Notes under the pieces: model-generated
The model's database searches: none
The model's input: only the letters and a program-made list of their open reading frames with translations
What the model was told of the DNA's origin: nothing
Translations under genes and position numbers: made by a program
Assembly: GCA_963826715.1 (NCBI GenBank)
Contig: CAWGYA010000008.1
Coordinates: 608,001 to 672,000 of the forward strand
Direction: 5' to 3'
From: Candidatus Bathyarchaeota archaeon
GTDB taxonomy: Archaea; Thermoproteota; Bathyarchaeia; Bathyarchaeales; Bathycorpusculaceae
DNA: 64,000 nt
Shown here: piece by piece, positions 9,384 to 18,929 of the stretch
Numbering within the stretch: position 1 is the first letter of the stretch
Layout of the letters: each line of letters begins with the position of its first letter

Positions 9384-10349
9384 ATGACAACGCCAAGCTT
9401 CTATTCCCCCCTTAAAATTGGAATCCTCATAGTCGCCGTTGCCTACTTTCTGTTCACTTTCCATGCCATGTTCACGCTTTCTTGGGTTGGTGAATGGGAA
9501 GCTTTCGGCGGCTCCCTGCGCCTAATCATTTTAGCTGAGGACGTCTCTGCAGCCATAGGAGTTGCTGCCAGACTGGTAGCCAGCGCCATCGCTTTGGGAG
9601 GGGCAATACTCTACTTTGTAAGGAAGGGGCTTCCAACTCAGCGGGTAAAGAAGCTTTTGAGACTGGTTTTGATTGGGGAAGCCTTTTATTGGCTAGGACT
9701 GCTAACTACCGCTGTTCTGACCTTAACTGGTACGCTTGACTTTACAGTCTGGCGTGTCAATGGGCACATCTCAACGCTGCCAATTTTAAATTCCATCTTA
9801 ATCTACTCATTGCCCTTGCTAATAGAATCCATTGTTATTCCCGCAGTCTTGTTCAAGCTATCCTACGAATTGGGCTCCAACAAACCAGCGAAGGGAGCTA
9901 TAAGGTGGGGGTTGATTGCGGGTACAGTTTACCTTCTGGTTTTCTGGGCTACCAGCACTTCCATCTGGATATCAACCGTGCTGCGGCAAGGAACCCAATA
10001 TTTGACTTCCTACCCCGAGAACCTGTTTAGCTTCGCCTTAACCACCATTGGGCTGCTTGCGCTGACGATCTTTACTGCTTACTTCACGAAAAAATCAGTC
10101 GGAACAGAAAACTTGGAAAAGCTTGGTATTCGAACAATCGGCGCCGTCATCACTGTGTTGGGCTTATTGTACCTTGCCAATTACCTGATCTGGCTTCTCT
10201 TTGGAAAGGACGAAACCTGGAGTTATTGGTACCTGTGGTTTCTGGGCAACATTAACTTGTGGCTGGTATCTGTTCCAATGGTGGGTTTACCGCTGCTTTT
10301 CAAGCAAAAGCGTTCTGTGCTGAAAACCCTTAAGAATAAAGAGCGTTAA
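9384..10349 (+). CDS. Polytopic membrane protein of unknown function
   Basis: About 8 hydrophobic helices and no recognisable catalytic motif. Confidence 0.75.
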   Translation: MTTPSFYSPLKIGILIVAVAYFLFTFHAMFTLSWVGEWEAFGGSLRLIILAEDVSAAIGVAARLVASAIALGGAILYFVRKGLPTQRVKKLLRLVLIGEAFYWLGLLTTAVLTLTGTLDFTVWRVNGHISTLPILNSILIYSLPLLIESIVIPAVLFKLSYELGSNKPAKGAIRWGLIAGTVYLLVFWATSTSIWISTVLRQGTQYLTSYPENLFSFALTTIGLLALTIFTAYFTKKSVGTENLEKLGIRTIGAVITVLGLLYLANYLIWLLFGKDETWSYWYLWFLGNINLWLVSVPMVGLPLLFKQKRSVLKTLKNKER

Positions 10350-10367
10350 CCGTCCTGTGATGTTGGG

Positions 10368-10633
10368 ATGCTGTGGACGGGAAAGTGGTCTTTAGTTATA
10401 CTCAGTTTGATTTTGCCTGTCTTGATAGTGCCCCTTCTCAGTGTACTCTTATTTCCCGAAGTGCCCTAACCACCTCCATTCTGGGAGGTGCCCTTGCTTC
10501 CTTGGTTGTTGCCATCGGGCTTCGGCTTATACAGAGCGCAAAAGTATTCGGAACACGCTTCATCTTAGCCGTAGTAATCGAGGCTGTTTTGGTTGGTTTA
10601 CTGGCGGGTCTTGTGCCTAAATTCTTGTCTTAG
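10368..10633 (+). pseudogene. Small membrane protein gene split by a -1 frameshift
   Basis: MLWTGKWSLVILSLILPVLIVPLLSVLLFPEVP* (stop 10467-9) continues in the -1 frame as LTTSILGGALASLVVAIG...PKFLS*. One extra C at GTG CCC TAA restores it. Confidence 0.5.
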
Positions 10634-11208
10634 CCCCTAACAATCAGCCTCTTTGTGGATACAGAAGCCACCATCAGCACATTAACCGCTATCAAATAGG
10701 TAGGAAACGCCAACGCCGAGAAACTCCAAGTAGCTACCACAAGAAAACTCGTGATTGGGGCAACTGCACCGACGAGGAAAGGCCAGACAGATTCGGTTTG
10801 GGGTCTGCGTCGTGCTTTGGTTAGGGTGGGCACGGCGGCTAGGGCGTCGCTTAAGATGGCAAAGATGATAGCGAGGTTGGCTTCCGCAGTTGCAAACCAG
10901 AGAACCAGCGCCAGCCCAGAGAGGGCACCGCAGGCATAGTCGAACTTGATGGATTTCCAGTAGGCTTTTTTAGTGAAAAATGAAGCTGCAAAAATCAGGA
11001 AGGGGGAGAACCCTGACATGAAGACGGGGACAGCTGCCCAGTCTGCGCCTTCGGAGAGGGCGGCGGCGGTTGCGATAAAGGGTGCAACTGACCACATGAA
11101 CCACGTTACCCTATTGGGCATGGTTTGCCCGCGGAACATGCTACGTATGTAAGCAAAGGCGGCAAGCAGGGAGACGGCTGCGGCGAGGAGCACAACATAC
11201 TCATACAT
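10630..11208 (-). CDS. Conserved membrane protein (PQ-loop/SWEET-like repeat character)
   Basis: AYIRSMFRGQTMPNRVTWFMW and DALAAVPTLTKARRRPQTES motifs; 6-7 TM segments. Confidence 0.7.
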   Translation of the reverse strand: MYEYVVLLAAAVSLLAAFAYIRSMFRGQTMPNRVTWFMWSVAPFIATAAALSEGADWAAVPVFMSGFSPFLIFAASFFTKKAYWKSIKFDYACGALSGLALVLWFATAEANLAIIFAILSDALAAVPTLTKARRRPQTESVWPFLVGAVAPITSFLVVATWSFSALAFPTYLIAVNVLMVASVSTKRLIVRG

Positions 11209-11263
11209 AGCTTCCTATTGTGCGGCACATGTATTTTAGCAAAGTGATAAGCATAGATCCAGC

Positions 11264-11959
11264 ATGAATCCGCGAAAATCACAAACCCCTTTAGATGCCC
11301 CGCCCAATAATCCTTCCATGTCAGCAGCCGATAGAGACGATGGCTTCATGGCGCAATTCAAGTGCCCGACCGGCGCCCAAGGAAGAGAAGTTGCTGAATT
11401 AATGAACCGCGAACACAACGCTCTGACGGATTGGGGTTTGAGCTACGTTAAGGTTGAATCTGACTTTGCGGTTTTAGATGTGGGCTGCGGCGGCGGCAGA
11501 ACCGTGGGTAAACTGGCAGAACTCGCATTTAGGGGCTGGGTTTTGGGCGTTGACTGCTCAAAGGACATGGTTGAATTCTCGAAAGAGAGAAACCGAAAGC
11601 TCACTGAAGCGGGGCAAATACAGCTCCTGCAGGGTTCTGTGCAAAAGCTGAGCTTCCCCGACGGCGTATTTGACTTTGTGTTGGCTGTTGAAACTTACTA
11701 TTTCTGGGGCAATCTCTCTAGTGCATTCGGTGAGGCATACCGCGTCCTCAAATCGGGCGGAAAGCTGCTTTTAGTAAATGAAATGATAAAGGACGGCAGA
11801 TACGAAACAGAAAACGCCCAAACCATAGCACTAGCGCATGTGCATCTTCTATCGATGGAGCAACTTGAGGCACAGCTAAAGCAAGCGGGGTTTAAGGACC
11901 TCGAAATCTACAGGAAAACCCACTCGCCGTGGAATGCGCTGCTAGCCGAAAAAGCGTAA
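11264..11959 (+). CDS. Class I SAM-dependent methyltransferase
   Basis: VLDVGCGGG, GVD, FPDGVFD, AVETYYFW, RVLKSGG. Confidence 0.9.
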   Translation: MNPRKSQTPLDAPPNNPSMSAADRDDGFMAQFKCPTGAQGREVAELMNREHNALTDWGLSYVKVESDFAVLDVGCGGGRTVGKLAELAFRGWVLGVDCSKDMVEFSKERNRKLTEAGQIQLLQGSVQKLSFPDGVFDFVLAVETYYFWGNLSSAFGEAYRVLKSGGKLLLVNEMIKDGRYETENAQTIALAHVHLLSMEQLEAQLKQAGFKDLEIYRKTHSPWNALLAEKA

Positions 11960-12247
11960 ACAAAGCAGCTTGAGAAGTGAACCTGCCATTTAGCTTATAC
12001 ATTAGCAGATCAAAGCTTGTCCCCTGCTTGTGACAACCTGCTAGGAATCCAAATCAAACCCAGAACACAAAAAGCAACCCCCCTAAAAGAGCCCCCCCGA
12101 AGCATGTAGGCACAGAAATCACTTCCCCACAACAATAAGAACAAAAAAGAAATTCGATAAGGAGCTAAAGAAAAACCTCGAGAAACTTTGACTGTGGTAA
12201 AGTTAAATACCACATCCCCAGTTACAGAATTATTCCGTGTGACCCGC

Positions 12248-13537
12248 ATGTTAGACATCAAGCTTATCCGCGAAAACCCAGACCTCGTTAAAGCAAACCT
12301 GGCAAAACGTAACGACCCCACATGCCTCCAGATGCTAGAAGACCTCATAAGCCTCGACAAAACCTGGCGGCAAAACAACACCAAACTAAACGATCTACGC
12401 CACAACCGAAAACAATGCACCATCGAAGTTGCAAAACTCAAAAAAGCAGGCAAAGAAGCCGACAGCAAAGTTGCCAAAGCGCAGGACATAGATGTAGAAA
12501 TCAAGGGCGCAGAGAAGCTGGTGTCCGAGCAGGAAACCAAAATCCGCGATTACCTCCTAAACCTGCCTAACCTTCTGGATAATTCGGTTCCAGTCGGCGT
12601 GGACTCCAACGATAACGTGACCGTTAAAACATGGGGCATACCGCCGGAATACACTTTCCCAGTCAAGAACCACATCGACCTCACATTGGCACTAGACCAA
12701 ATCGACATGGAACGTGCAGGCAAAGTCAGCGGCGCCCGTTTCTTCTACCTCAAAAACGAAGTCGCCATGCTCGATTTGGCTTTGATGAGCTTTGCCATCG
12801 AGGAACTAGACAAAAAAGGCTACACCGCCATCATTCCACCCTACCTCCTAAAGCACGACGCCTATGAAGGCGTAACGGCGCTTGCGGATTTCGTGGATGT
12901 GCTCTACAAGGTGGAAGGCGAAGACCTCTACCTAATCGCCACATCAGAGCATCCGATGGCAGCCATGTACATGAACGAAACCCTCAAACAAGACGAGTTA
13001 CCCATAAAACTCGCCGGCGCCAGCACATGTTTTCGCAAAGAAGCAGGCGCACACGGCAAAGACACACGCGGCATATTCCGCACACACCAATTCAACAAAA
13101 TCGAACAATTCATCTTCTGCAAGCCCGAAGACTCCGCCAAACTGCATGAGGAACTGCTGGAAAACGCCGAGTTGCTGCTCCAGAAACTGGGCTTAGCTTA
13201 CCGAGTAGTTAACGTCTGCACAGGTGACATAGGCACTGTGGCCGCCAAAAAATACGACATCGAAGCTTGGATGCCAGCGCAGAATGGTTACCGCGAAGTA
13301 GTATCCTGCAGCAACTGCACTGACTACCAAGCACGGCGTCTTGGTGTGCGGTATCGTGAAAAAGTAGGCGCACCACCCAAAGGCTTTGTGCATACACTTA
13401 ATTCAACTGCAATAGCCACAGGAAGAACCATCGTGGCGCTGCTGGAGAACAACCAAAACGAAGACGGCACAATAAATATACCCGAAGTGCTGCGCAAATA
13501 CATTGGCAATAGAGAAAAAATATGTAAAAAACGGTAA
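12248..13537 (+). CDS. serS: Serine--tRNA ligase
   Basis: MLDIKLIRENP, LIATSEHP, FRKEAG...GIFRTHQFNKIEQF, EVVSCSNC, HTLNST. Confidence 0.97.
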   Translation: MLDIKLIRENPDLVKANLAKRNDPTCLQMLEDLISLDKTWRQNNTKLNDLRHNRKQCTIEVAKLKKAGKEADSKVAKAQDIDVEIKGAEKLVSEQETKIRDYLLNLPNLLDNSVPVGVDSNDNVTVKTWGIPPEYTFPVKNHIDLTLALDQIDMERAGKVSGARFFYLKNEVAMLDLALMSFAIEELDKKGYTAIIPPYLLKHDAYEGVTALADFVDVLYKVEGEDLYLIATSEHPMAAMYMNETLKQDELPIKLAGASTCFRKEAGAHGKDTRGIFRTHQFNKIEQFIFCKPEDSAKLHEELLENAELLLQKLGLAYRVVNVCTGDIGTVAAKKYDIEAWMPAQNGYREVVSCSNCTDYQARRLGVRYREKVGAPPKGFVHTLNSTAIATGRTIVALLENNQNEDGTINIPEVLRKYIGNREKICKKR

Positions 13538-13588
13538 AAGTTTTAATACCGCTTTGAGAATGTTGTGGGTCGTCTTGGAGAAATTAGT

Positions 13589-14245
13589 TTGTCTTCAAAA
13601 TCAGCAAAGCACGTACGCGATAAATGGCGCGGTAAATCATGGTATATGGTGATCGCACCATCGTTCTTCGGTAACATAGAGTTAGGTTCCATTCCAGCCC
13701 AAGAAGAACAAATGCTAATAGGCAGAGTCGTCGAAGCCACACTATATGATATAACAGGCGACTTCTCTCATCATTACCTAAAAATGTTCTTCCAAATTAA
13801 CAGCATAGACGGAAAAACAGCAAAAACCCTCTTTAAAGGACACGAATATTCAAGAGACTACCTGAGAAGCTTAGTCCGTAGAAGAACTACAAAAGTTGAC
13901 GGATTATTTAACCTTGTCACCAAGGACGGCTTTAAACTCCGTATCTCAGTCTCAGCCCTTACACTTTCACGTATAAAAACTTCACAAGAAAAAATCATCC
14001 GGGAAATGATGGAGAAAACCATCAGAGCCAAAGCTGCAGCGTTAACTCTTGATCAATTCGTGCAAGAGATGGTTTTGGGCAAAATCGCCTCTGACATCTA
14101 CAACCAAGCTAAACTCGTCGCACCCCTCCGCCACGTAGGCATACGCAAATCGAAACTTGTTGCTGCCCCCGCAATTCTGCCGAAAGAAACACCGGTTCCT
14201 ACCCCAGCGCCTCAAGACGAAGAAGTCTTGACTCCAGTCGAATAA
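13589..14245 (+). CDS. rps3ae: 30S ribosomal protein S3Ae (eS1)
   Basis: RDKWRGKSWY.VIAP..FG, GRVVEATLYDITGD, DYLRSLVRRRTTKVD. TTG start after GGAG. Confidence 0.95.
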   Translation: MSSKSAKHVRDKWRGKSWYMVIAPSFFGNIELGSIPAQEEQMLIGRVVEATLYDITGDFSHHYLKMFFQINSIDGKTAKTLFKGHEYSRDYLRSLVRRRTTKVDGLFNLVTKDGFKLRISVSALTLSRIKTSQEKIIREMMEKTIRAKAAALTLDQFVQEMVLGKIASDIYNQAKLVAPLRHVGIRKSKLVAAPAILPKETPVPTPAPQDEEVLTPVE

Positions 14246-14353
14246 ACAAATTTTTCTTTCTTTTTAGCGTAAACCGTTTTAGGTACATCCTATAAGTTAC
14301 CATTGGTTTGTTATGCACCCTTTCACAGAAGTAACTTTTTTGGTGGTCCCAAC

Positions 14354-15283
14354 TTGATCGCGGCTTTAGCTGGTGGTGTCGGCGCAGCAAGGTTTCTGAC
14401 TGGGCTTGCGCGTTGCATCCCTGAAGAAGATTTACGAGTTATCGTTAACACTGGCGATGACATTGAACTCTTTGGCTTACACATTTCGCCAGATATAGAT
14501 ATTATAACATACACTTTAGCCGGCATCGTGGATGAAACAAAAGGCTGGGGGATCCGAAATGACAGCTTCCACTTTATGGAGATGATTCGACATTTTGGTG
14601 GAGAAACATGGTTTAACATAGGTGACAGGGACTTATCAACCCACATCTATCGGACACAACAATTATCAAAGGGGAAACTACTCTCGCAAGTCACAGACGA
14701 AATTCGACGTGTATTGGAGGTGAAAACCAAGATTTTGCCCATGACAAACGACCACTTCGAAACCCATATAACCACGCCAAAGGGCAAAATACATTTTGAG
14801 GAGTACTTTGTTCGGCGTCAATGCAGAGACGAAGTTCTGGGAGTAGAATTTATGGGTGAAGCCACCGCCAAACCTGCCGAGGGGGTAATAGAAGCGATTT
14901 CAGATGCTTCGTTGGTTGTTGTTTGCCCAAGTAACCCCATAGTAAGCATCGGTACAATCCTCGCGGTTAAAGGTGTAAGGAATGCCCTTCAGCGAACAGA
15001 TGGAAAGGTGGTGGCGGTTAGTCCCATCGTTGCTGGCATGCCTCTTAAAGGTCCTGCAGATAAGATGTTACGTTGTTTGGGTGTAGAAGTTTCTGCGTTT
15101 GGTGTGGCACAATTCTACTCGGAGTTCCTGGATACGATCGTAATTGACAAGCAGGATACTGCCGAAAAAGAGAGGATTGAAGAGCTTGGGGTGCGTGTTT
15201 CTGTGGCCAACACTGTAATGAAAAGTTTAGAGGATAAGATTTTGTTAGCACAGGCTGTTTTGGCAGCTAAGACTACATTATAG
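14354..15283 (+). CDS. cofD: 2-phospho-L-lactate transferase CofD
   Basis: ALAGGVGAARF, VNTGDD, ISPDID, WFNIGDRD, PMT, CPSNPIVSIG, KGPADKML. Confidence 0.92.
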   Translation: MIAALAGGVGAARFLTGLARCIPEEDLRVIVNTGDDIELFGLHISPDIDIITYTLAGIVDETKGWGIRNDSFHFMEMIRHFGGETWFNIGDRDLSTHIYRTQQLSKGKLLSQVTDEIRRVLEVKTKILPMTNDHFETHITTPKGKIHFEEYFVRRQCRDEVLGVEFMGEATAKPAEGVIEAISDASLVVVCPSNPIVSIGTILAVKGVRNALQRTDGKVVAVSPIVAGMPLKGPADKMLRCLGVEVSAFGVAQFYSEFLDTIVIDKQDTAEKERIEELGVRVSVANTVMKSLEDKILLAQAVLAAKTTL

Positions 15284-15641
15284 AATAGTTTGATCTCCAT
15301 AGATTACGTTGATAGCCTAAATAGGGAAACCATGTATACGTGATTTTGTGGTGTACCATTGAAGCTAAAAAAAAATACAAAACGCAAAAGTTGAAGCAAC
15401 ATGGTATTTGGTCTACACTTAGAGAGCATTTGAGGGAGAGATATTGAAGCATAAACTATTGAAGTAAATAAGCAAAAGGTATAGATGCTGATCTACTGGA
15501 TTGGTTTTTGCAATAGATGCCTGTTTAGTCTAAAAAAAAACTTTTGAAGCATAATGTAATATGGGGTTATCATTGACTTTAAATGCCATAAATGGAGAAG
15601 GGTTATATCTACAATTAGGAATAATTGTCTATTAATCGGAG

Positions 15642-16319
15642 ATGGTGTTGGTGGAAAAAAAGAGTTACGATTGGTTTGAACAACGCCGAAAAACTCGCGG
15701 GTTAGAACTTGCCCATGAGCAGATAACCAAAGCGTTTGATACGGTAACGTGGCTGCAAAAAGCAACAAAAAGCTTTTCAGAGAAAAACTTTAAGGATGCT
15801 AAAAAATATATTGAAAACCTCTACAAGGCTGAGGAAGAAGTGGATACTCTTCGCACTGACGTGTTTATGGAGCTCTCAAGAGGTGCAGCGTTGGTAGCCG
15901 ATTACCGAGAGGACTTATTACATCTAGTTAAACGGTTAGATACTCTGGCGGATCATACCAAGGATGCAGCACGTTGTCTGGAGATGTTGCTCAACTCTGA
16001 AATTCCTCAGGAACTTTTGGAGAAAACTGTGTTCATGACTTCCAAACTGGTGGAGACTGCACAGACGTTGCGAGGTAGTATCGAGAAAATTTCCTCAGCG
16101 CCCAATGAAGCCATCCGTGAAGCTAAGAAAGTCGGTGAAATCGAACATGCCATCGACGAAGAGTACCTCAAATCTAAAAGCCTTTTCGTGAAGTATGGTG
16201 TAGAAATGAATTGCGGCGCCATGGTCATTTTTGATGATTTAATCGAGTTCATTGAGCAAGCCGCTGACATGTGTGCTGACACAGCCGACTATATCTTGGT
16301 GCTTTCAAGTAGAGAGTAA
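15642..16319 (+). CDS. DUF47 family (PhoU-like phosphate transport regulator)
   Basis: EEEVDTLR, REDLLHLVKRLDTLAD, EHAIDE, IEQAADMCADTAD. Confidence 0.85.
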   Translation: MVLVEKKSYDWFEQRRKTRGLELAHEQITKAFDTVTWLQKATKSFSEKNFKDAKKYIENLYKAEEEVDTLRTDVFMELSRGAALVADYREDLLHLVKRLDTLADHTKDAARCLEMLLNSEIPQELLEKTVFMTSKLVETAQTLRGSIEKISSAPNEAIREAKKVGEIEHAIDEEYLKSKSLFVKYGVEMNCGAMVIFDDLIEFIEQAADMCADTADYILVLSSRE

Positions 16320-16544
16320 CCGGAACCTTTTTTCTTTCAATTTGGAAAACCAATTCATCCTTTGTATTAGTTTTTTTAATCTTTTCCAATTTTTAAGTTT
16401 TGGTACTGGAATCTCCTTTTATTCAACTTAATGCGAGATTATCGAGCCGTACAGTCCAACTTTAATTTAACCACTAAAGGCTCGGATGAAGAACCCCCAA
16501 CTTTGACATAGTTATTTATCTACATATAGAATATAGGAACATGT

Positions 16545-18929
16545 ATGCAGAAAAAGAAGTGCCTGCTGCTCTTTCTCATACTTAGTTTTCTAATTCAACC
16601 CTGCACCATAGCACTCACCTCAAAAGCGTCTGTAGCGTCTACTGATAATTGGTCGATGTTTCACCACGACCCCTCCCGCATAGGCGCCACATCCAGCAAC
16701 GGTTCAGGAATTAATCCCCAACTACTTTGGAATTTCACCGCCAACGCCGCAATCGCTTCCTCCCCCGCAGTCGCTAACGGCTATATATGCTTTGGATCCA
16801 AAGATTACAACCTCTACTGCCTAAATGCCACTACTGGACAGCGGATTTGGAACTTTACCACCTGCGCGGAAGTTGATTCTTCCCCTGCCATCTACAACGG
16901 CTACGTATATGTGGGGTCAGGAGATGGATGGCTATATTGCGTAGACCTCGTGACTGGGGTTCCCCTTTGGGCATCGGCAGTTGAAGGAAAAGTGCAGTCT
17001 TCTCCCGCAATTGTTGACGAAAGAGTATTTGTAGGTTCGGGCAAACATGACTTTTTCTGCCTAAACGCCACAGATGGCGCACTAATCTGGATTTACCAAC
17101 TTTCAGGAAGTATTTACTCCTCTCCCGCAGTCGCCAACGGCGTCGTGTATATTGCCGCTGATAACTATTTTGTGTATGCTCTCAATACAACTTCAGGACG
17201 GGAACTCTGGCGCACTCACACCGGTAGCAAATCTGACTCACCCTGCGTCTCAGGCGGCGTTATCTATACTGGCTCCTACGACGGTTACATCTGCGCTCTC
17301 AACGCTTCGTCTGGCGAAAAAATCTGGCAGTACCTAACAGGTGGCTGCGTGTATTCTTCGCCTGCAGTCTCGTTTGGCCATGTGTTTGCGGGGTCAGATG
17401 ATAACTACATTTATTGTCTAGATGCTGTAACTGGGGCTCTGGTTTGGCGTTTAGCAACGGGTTTCTGGGTCAGGTCATCGCCAGCCATAGTGGATAGAAA
17501 CATGTATGTTGGCTCTCGTGATTATTTCCTCTATGGACTAGATGCCCACAACGGCAAAGAGATGTGGCGTTTTGAAACAGGCAGCTACGTGGATTCCTCT
17601 CCCGCTTATTCCGAAGGTGTCCTCTATATTGGCTCAGATGATGGACAGCTGTATGCTTTGTGCCTCAGCAGTTCTGCGGAAACTCTGCCTGAACAAACGG
17701 CGTCTATAAGTTGGTCAACGGTCCTTTTTGATTCTCTAGCCCTTGCCGTGGCGGCATTGGTTGTTTACGTCGCAGTGGACGCCTACAGAAAACCGAAACA
17801 CAATCACCAACCCAGAGCACCTGTCCAAAAAAGAAGCTGGGTCACCACCCACATCAACACCCTATATGTACTGGCTATTTTGGGGGTTTCAAGTATTTTC
17901 TTTGTCAACCTCTCCAGCGGGCACTTGTGGGCTGCAGATGAGCAAACATATGTACAGTGGGCGTTCCACATGTACCGGAGCGGCGACTACATTACGCCCT
18001 GGGCATCTGGCACCGTAGCGCTCTGGATCGGCAAGCCGCCGCTTTTCATGTGGCTGCTCTCTTTGTCGTTCCAGATGTTTGGTGCAATCAACTTCGCAGC
18101 TCGTTTCTGGAGTCCAATATTTGGGGCGATGACAATGGTTGTGGCTTATTTTTTGGGGAAAACCCTCTATAACCGCACCGTCGGGTTTACCTCTGCCTTG
18201 ATATTGGGAACTTTTAACACCTTCTACACCTTTGCGCGACTAGCTATGACAGATATGGCACTCCTATTTTTTGTGGTGGCAAGCCTCTACTTCGCAGTCA
18301 AACATCAAAAAACCCCCAACAATCGCTATGCCATCTTCTCAGGTATATTCTTTGGCTTGGCGCTGATGACCAAACAGATAGTGGCGGTCGTTGCCCCGCT
18401 ACTAATCATCCTCTACTTGCTCATTATCCAAAAAAGCATCAAGCCCTTCTTCAGCAAGCAATTTGCCCTACGGTTTTGGGCTGTGGCAATGCTGATTTTT
18501 CTGCCCTGGACCATCTACATGTCGGCAAGCTTTGGCGCGGAGTTTTTTGATTGGTTCCTTGTCTTCTCGGATATATCGCGGGTAACTGGGGTGCTCGAGG
18601 GGCACTCTGGCGGCTTTTTCTACTACTTTAGCTATTTGTGGAACACTGAGTGTTGGTGGATTCTTCTGCTGCCGTTTGCTACAGGTTTATCCATCTTCAA
18701 AGTGATTTTTCGGCGTTCACGGAGTGACTTGTTTGTTTTGTGCTGGATGATATTAGCTCTGGCTACATTCAGTTTCATACAGACCAAGCTTGAATGGTAT
18801 ATCCTACCTGTTTTCCCCGCCTTTGCACTGTCAATAGGCAGCTTAATTTATCATTTGGAAAGATTTGGGGCTGTGAAATTGAAAAAACGCCGCCCAGCTA
18901 CGATTTTGTCCGCTCAAACAACTCGCTGA
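16545..18929 (+). CDS. Fusion of a secreted PQQ/BamB-like beta-propeller and an ArnT/PMT-type (GT-C) glycosyltransferase
   Basis: Signal peptide, WSMFHHD, about 8 repeats of SSPAV...GS.D..LYCL.A.TG..IW; then DEQTY, KPPLFMW, ARFWS, ARLAMTD, GLALMTK, KLEWYILPVFPA with many TM helices. Confidence 0.88.
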   Translation: MQKKKCLLLFLILSFLIQPCTIALTSKASVASTDNWSMFHHDPSRIGATSSNGSGINPQLLWNFTANAAIASSPAVANGYICFGSKDYNLYCLNATTGQRIWNFTTCAEVDSSPAIYNGYVYVGSGDGWLYCVDLVTGVPLWASAVEGKVQSSPAIVDERVFVGSGKHDFFCLNATDGALIWIYQLSGSIYSSPAVANGVVYIAADNYFVYALNTTSGRELWRTHTGSKSDSPCVSGGVIYTGSYDGYICALNASSGEKIWQYLTGGCVYSSPAVSFGHVFAGSDDNYIYCLDAVTGALVWRLATGFWVRSSPAIVDRNMYVGSRDYFLYGLDAHNGKEMWRFETGSYVDSSPAYSEGVLYIGSDDGQLYALCLSSSAETLPEQTASISWSTVLFDSLALAVAALVVYVAVDAYRKPKHNHQPRAPVQKRSWVTTHINTLYVLAILGVSSIFFVNLSSGHLWAADEQTYVQWAFHMYRSGDYITPWASGTVALWIGKPPLFMWLLSLSFQMFGAINFAARFWSPIFGAMTMVVAYFLGKTLYNRTVGFTSALILGTFNTFYTFARLAMTDMALLFFVVASLYFAVKHQKTPNNRYAIFSGIFFGLALMTKQIVAVVAPLLIILYLLIIQKSIKPFFSKQFALRFWAVAMLIFLPWTIYMSASFGAEFFDWFLVFSDISRVTGVLEGHSGGFFYYFSYLWNTECWWILLLPFATGLSIFKVIFRRSRSDLFVLCWMILALATFSFIQTKLEWYILPVFPAFALSIGSLIYHLERFGAVKLKKRRPATILSAQTTR

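Noticed and set aside
9203-9415. 70-aa ORF
   Set aside because: It overlaps the tRNA-Arg gene and is spurious.
9330-12240. Integrated element or island at tRNA-Arg
   Set aside because: Accessory-looking genes follow the tRNA, but I found no integrase and no duplicated tRNA 3' end (att site).
15283-15641. Degenerate CRISPR array suggested by ATTGAAG-like words
   Set aside because: Spacing is irregular (32, 53, 15 and 85 nt), similarity does not extend to repeat length, and there are no cas genes.
16700-17660. DNA-level periodic repeats (about 120 bp)
   Set aside because: They are explained by beta-propeller blade repeats in the protein, not by a repeat array.
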